From an uncultured virus (IMG/VR IMGVR_UViG_3300035498_001541) (lineage: Duplodnaviria; Heunggongvirae; Uroviricota; Caudoviricetes), in the IMG/VR virus record IMGVR_UViG_3300035498_001541: 20,000 bases of DNA. One strand, given 5' to 3'. Made by a program: the position numbers and the translations under genes. The notes beneath the pieces were generated by a model. It saw only the letters and a list, made by a program, of their open reading frames with translations. It had not been told where the DNA came from and did not search any database. The stretch's first letter is position 1. Each line of letters begins with the position of its first letter. This document shows, piece by piece, positions 18,801 through 20,000 of the stretch.

Positions 18801-19705
18801 GTAAAGGCTTCGTTGGATTTGAGAGTCTTAGCACTATCTTCTGCAGTTTGCTTTGATGTACCGGGTAGGTTCGACAATCTCTTAATCGAATCCGTATCAT
18901 ATCCATCGCCTGTCTCCCAAACCTTGTAATGTACTTTTACAGTACTCTGGGTTTCACCTTTAATATGAACCTTGTAATTGTAATGAGATACATACTCTGT
19001 GTAGCTGCAGCATCCCCATCCCGGAGTGGCATCCATCCATGCCCGCATACTGTAGTTAAAGGTAGCTGTTCCACTCATATAATGTTTTGGAGAATCTCCG
19101 TCGTACGTTCTTGTTACAGGCTGAATATAGCAGACCTCGTCGTAGCTGTCTTCATTCCAAACGGATTTAATCCAATCTGTCATATCAACAACATAGAAAT
19201 CAAGAGCATAGTTTGAAACCTCATCACCCAGAGACTTTAAGAAAGAATCCTCCCCCTGCGTCTTCGTTGCCTCCAGTCTGTCAGCCTTTTTACCACCAGA
19301 ACAATTGTAAGTACTTGGATTTTTGTCACTACCAATGGTACCCTCCGTCACCATAAAGTACTCCGTAGACCAATGCCATGAATTTACTCTCTGTTTGTTG
19401 TCATCAATCCAGAAGTAATATTTGTAAATTCCGGTATTCTTGCCATTCACCTTTACCGTAGCTGACAAATCAATCGGGTCACTTTTCCCTTTTACATAGA
19501 GATTAGACTTTTTCTCCCGAAACTTCGCTTTGTACTTTGCATAGGAACCGCTCTCTACCTTATTAGTGATAAAGGTACTCACATCACCCCACGACCAAGC
19601 CTTAAAAGTATCAGCTGTAGTGGATGCATCTACGTCTTTTGGTGGTCCAAACCCGATGACTAAAAACATCATCACCAAAATCGATAGAAAAGTTACTTTT
19701 TTCAT
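12842..19705 (-). CDS. Giant secreted/surface protein (2287 aa) with DUF5704-type C-terminal region ending GTH
   Basis: Signal peptide MKKVTFLSILVMMFLVIGFG...VDA. Rich in Thr/Ser/Asp/Tyr. C-terminal blocks ITDISDYP..VFR, LKTGY, QQWYGEFYLP, GYLIVNF and GD...YD....SDDY...GTH are recalled from DUF5704-containing Firmicutes proteins. Confidence 0.7.
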   Translation of the reverse strand: MKKVTFLSILVMMFLVIGFGPPKDVDASTTADTFKAWSWGDVSTFITNKVESGSYAKYKAKFREKKSNLYVKGKSDPIDLSATVKVNGKNTGIYKYYFWIDDNKQRVNSWHWSTEYFMVTEGTIGSDKNPSTYNCSGGKKADRLEATKTQGEDSFLKSLGDEVSNYALDFYVVDMTDWIKSVWNEDSYDEVCYIQPVTRTYDGDSPKHYMSGTATFNYSMRAWMDATPGWGCCSYTEYVSHYNYKVHIKGETQSTVKVHYKVWETGDGYDTDSIKRLSNLPGTSKQTAEDSAKTLKSNEAFTLDKLSPDAITGKGYYLKGIKVVAGDKEEHFYVLNDYDSSPQIVLNPKSETITKYSKPNGTGKEKDTFAGDVMKAAQVRKFAAANANENSIGLFRATDDKGKVLETESNTNSDGTARTKTNDAKGAKAKANSSGNLSYTKAVAYMESLYHKKHGLDEDIYLIYQEVGSTDDVVNITQNVWEWNDSANEGAGGYEIVSTTTSTKRTLVYTLNSEKQTAWSVAESRLKDFNKTNVKKSKYAYPLHDVQYEITGGNPKFTGQTSIHLYNSSGNDANSGTGSISKLEGDATVWNGNNDSRGIQFESNTGDSGADLLLKHKVVVPLMDSSSNDYVKTKLNVTLNYYQPKTIYTSAMYFQHKVDGEFSYSYVHELNQKDTSGRKLGHVQVSSTKSGSTNYGGTDSGCGDCNKGLTVSQPDSSYVFRARDKKSYFARVPAYVIQKSQVKQYLVDQDNATNDNDKNGKGDKYKNDTDNVTKSDITVEVVKAAIVATETKNGTTTRKYSKQMTSDENLTILEDCGFSKVVLKDDDSDPITFNTDDTSFKDLDGTSHANDNTNWYVQYYAVDFQTLAYKIYGDSIKSVDNKSNKVNDEKNNMGEYFQLGDVSESTTAEKIYKAFVDDNAFSDVKKDDNGNTVKVQNHRICYEKTSEMSDEFLKYMWKVKKTDSYVADAKASNWQGYSDEKKDSWTKKQQNKKKKLPSSNGGTIKSGDTTTFATTKIKKVALATSIYKVDEPEPHITVNLKIGIGTAALKDVSTDNVQWLDYTYQDEDVDNSTEKQTFEYKVYSDLAKMVPNAKLGLSDNEDYVLLAGLTTEEWTSGTEENGKYNTEKYSKGSTGSSDMRDAHYVSGVLAYDSPLSRAKAICYTESVTNIGGRKANRGYYNSGLSGNSGQLYTAGLTADQTNSSTNIAVNQIVTHNYIGAQYISPYDSTTNAVDSRINYFTCRYRWDVLGSDGVNLTVANRSKLAAGQTCNDANDDNCKIVNDNYYTTVKNVGQNRTKDSVVITYYYYAQITTKTTSYPEVTTTPYTWDDIPKATATANPSGKTTTSVNGDDFGLQGKITATADPQVKGEDSNIVGNDTADSGGDGNITLPDGQIISGQYVANLLGLDAWSTSYLTAGSVTKHTVNVRYDVTVAQLAKIVASDDGRTLGLNVHKTVLSPSVRMVYYTLDYLKVWDSDTGKMYNYAFPSSSGKTTEDADTRTYDGKEYYVSLGKNASACKDGTIVGSTVTYNSGVDPGGCHWYGDDGDTSALDNVIAAPNIDVADATFNDEDKVTYFNVPAADTSTMASALSAVMDSIATTSNFWARSDTVTFTLPSWAQDPDIEESESSTAIEQRYDKASRTYTMMTGDMATVASTSQYMPSKINQGDYVTVNGYDLGTFKIPSAESCVDGTYQTSGIKISRNKLNTGDTMDGPSPDSRLEMTYKSTVAVGSNTKAADGIAANSFDVSTDNVNKITLHTPVALSVKMTKVGSDNYLQKVEKGTDGILDLTLGDAFKLTASYTGYFPVYASIDTEKYVKENCGYLVRCDFPVYEKKKDGTMTFHKKGKEFSVTDLENTVFYVANWAKEGTHNVDVTVQALNVLNTGSEGSTLLPKDDEKYRAAAANCIRDYYAATSTVYTNLSGKLFDLSITDISDYPTLEKVFRTTGYNRSLYTINSGTYSSSTRTNRADDDDTYPVVYGDELGNSSTDEVIYGPLKTGYKIRYLVNTIGSLTSSSDYVKITPTFQYVPKGKGVQDAVDVNLYYKEQINGTTKKLVKVGSDEDNLNIHQTCISDKEYGILPSVIATTAKLCGYTDTDSFATKVVNSWTYSDITLSNFSRIFVGSRNSVPLLTMNDGTSVTAPSSSEVGTGTLTKAHQQWYGEFYLPDEVHAIKTSDESKLTEDLKSGVDFTEDYWCEDDGYLIVNFQIEAYSSVGNAADDESGEVKKYLAYDASQYVSGNCNMWNLEQRVDKKTDSKGQTFEFKQGDFIMYDLGKSASDDYDSAGTH

Positions 19706-19738
19706 AAAACATCGTCTCCCTTCTTAAAAAGAAAATTG

Positions 19739-19767
19739 CGTAATACTCCTACGTATCAAGTATTACG
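19739..19767 (-). other. Hairpin, perfect 9-bp stem (CGTAATACT / AGTATTACG)
   Basis: Inverted repeat with an 11-nt loop just upstream of the giant gene RBS. Confidence 0.7.
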
Positions 19768-19799
19768 AAAAAATAACACAGCCTTCTCAACTGTGTTAT
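19768..19799 (-). terminator. Terminator-like hairpin (ATAACACAG / CTGTGTTAT + T run)
   Basis: Perfect 9-bp stem followed by TTTTT on the minus strand. Confidence 0.55.
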
Positions 19800-19831
19800 C
19801 CAAAGGGAAACTCTCCCCACCTATAAACGCC

Positions 19832-19859
19832 AAAAGAGGAACGGTCAAAACCGTCCCTC
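19832..19859 (-). terminator. Terminator of the upstream partial ORF
   Basis: GAGGGACGGT-TTTG-ACCGTTCCTC followed by TTTT, 8 nt after the TAA. Confidence 0.75.
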
Positions 19860-19867
19860 AATCAAAT

Positions 19868-20000
19868 TTATCCATTATCCCATTTCTCGAATGTCCAGTC
19901 ATTTTTATTTAAGCTTGTGTGACTACTTCTCCATCTCTTCTCATTTCTTACATAGTAGTTAGCCTCAGAACCAGCAGCATGAACATCGTCCCATCCCTCT
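19868..20000 (-). CDS. 3' end of an upstream CDS (partial)
   Basis: Open frame ...EGWDDVHAAGSEANYYVRNEKRWRSSHTSLNKNDWTFEKWDNG* runs off the window edge and is followed by a terminator. Confidence 0.65.
   Translation of the reverse strand, partial: EGWDDVHAAGSEANYYVRNEKRWRSSHTSLNKNDWTFEKWDNG

Noticed and set aside
190..19216. All plus-strand ORFs in the track, and the small alternative-frame minus ORFs at 16117, 16618 and 17863
   Set aside because: They overlap well-supported minus-strand genes, are Ser/Leu/Thr-rich shadow translations and show no motifs.

Overview
All 21 complete CDS and one partial CDS lie on the minus strand, tightly coupled, with strong Firmicutes-type RBSs (GGAGG) and a G-rich coding strand. 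The gene content looks like a Clostridia/Lachnospiraceae-type accessory region, probably on a large mobile element, although no integrase, relaxase or phage structural gene is visible here. Transcription order: partial ORF, a hairpin-rich leader, a 2287-aa secreted protein ending in GTH, terminator plus promoter, AAA_14-type ATPase, ASCH/DUF3850 protein, DUF4869 + small P-loop protein, DUF4869, an orphan ORF, a peptidoglycan-precursor cassette (alpha/beta hydrolase, murF, ddl, VanX-like dipeptidase, two small ORFs), two more DUF4869 + P-loop pairs, HipA-like kinase and partner, a small ORF, and a sacsin-like GHKL protein. Most notable: (1) four DUF4869 and three P-loop paralogues with complementary ABC-ATPase motifs, suggesting a split ABC ATPase; (2) three pairs of near-identical gene-junction repeats that each bracket a gene module; (3) a shared C-terminal M-x-C-F on three unrelated ATPase-type proteins; (4) a three-copy hairpin family with compensatory base changes. 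Family assignments come from motif recognition by eye, not from database searches.
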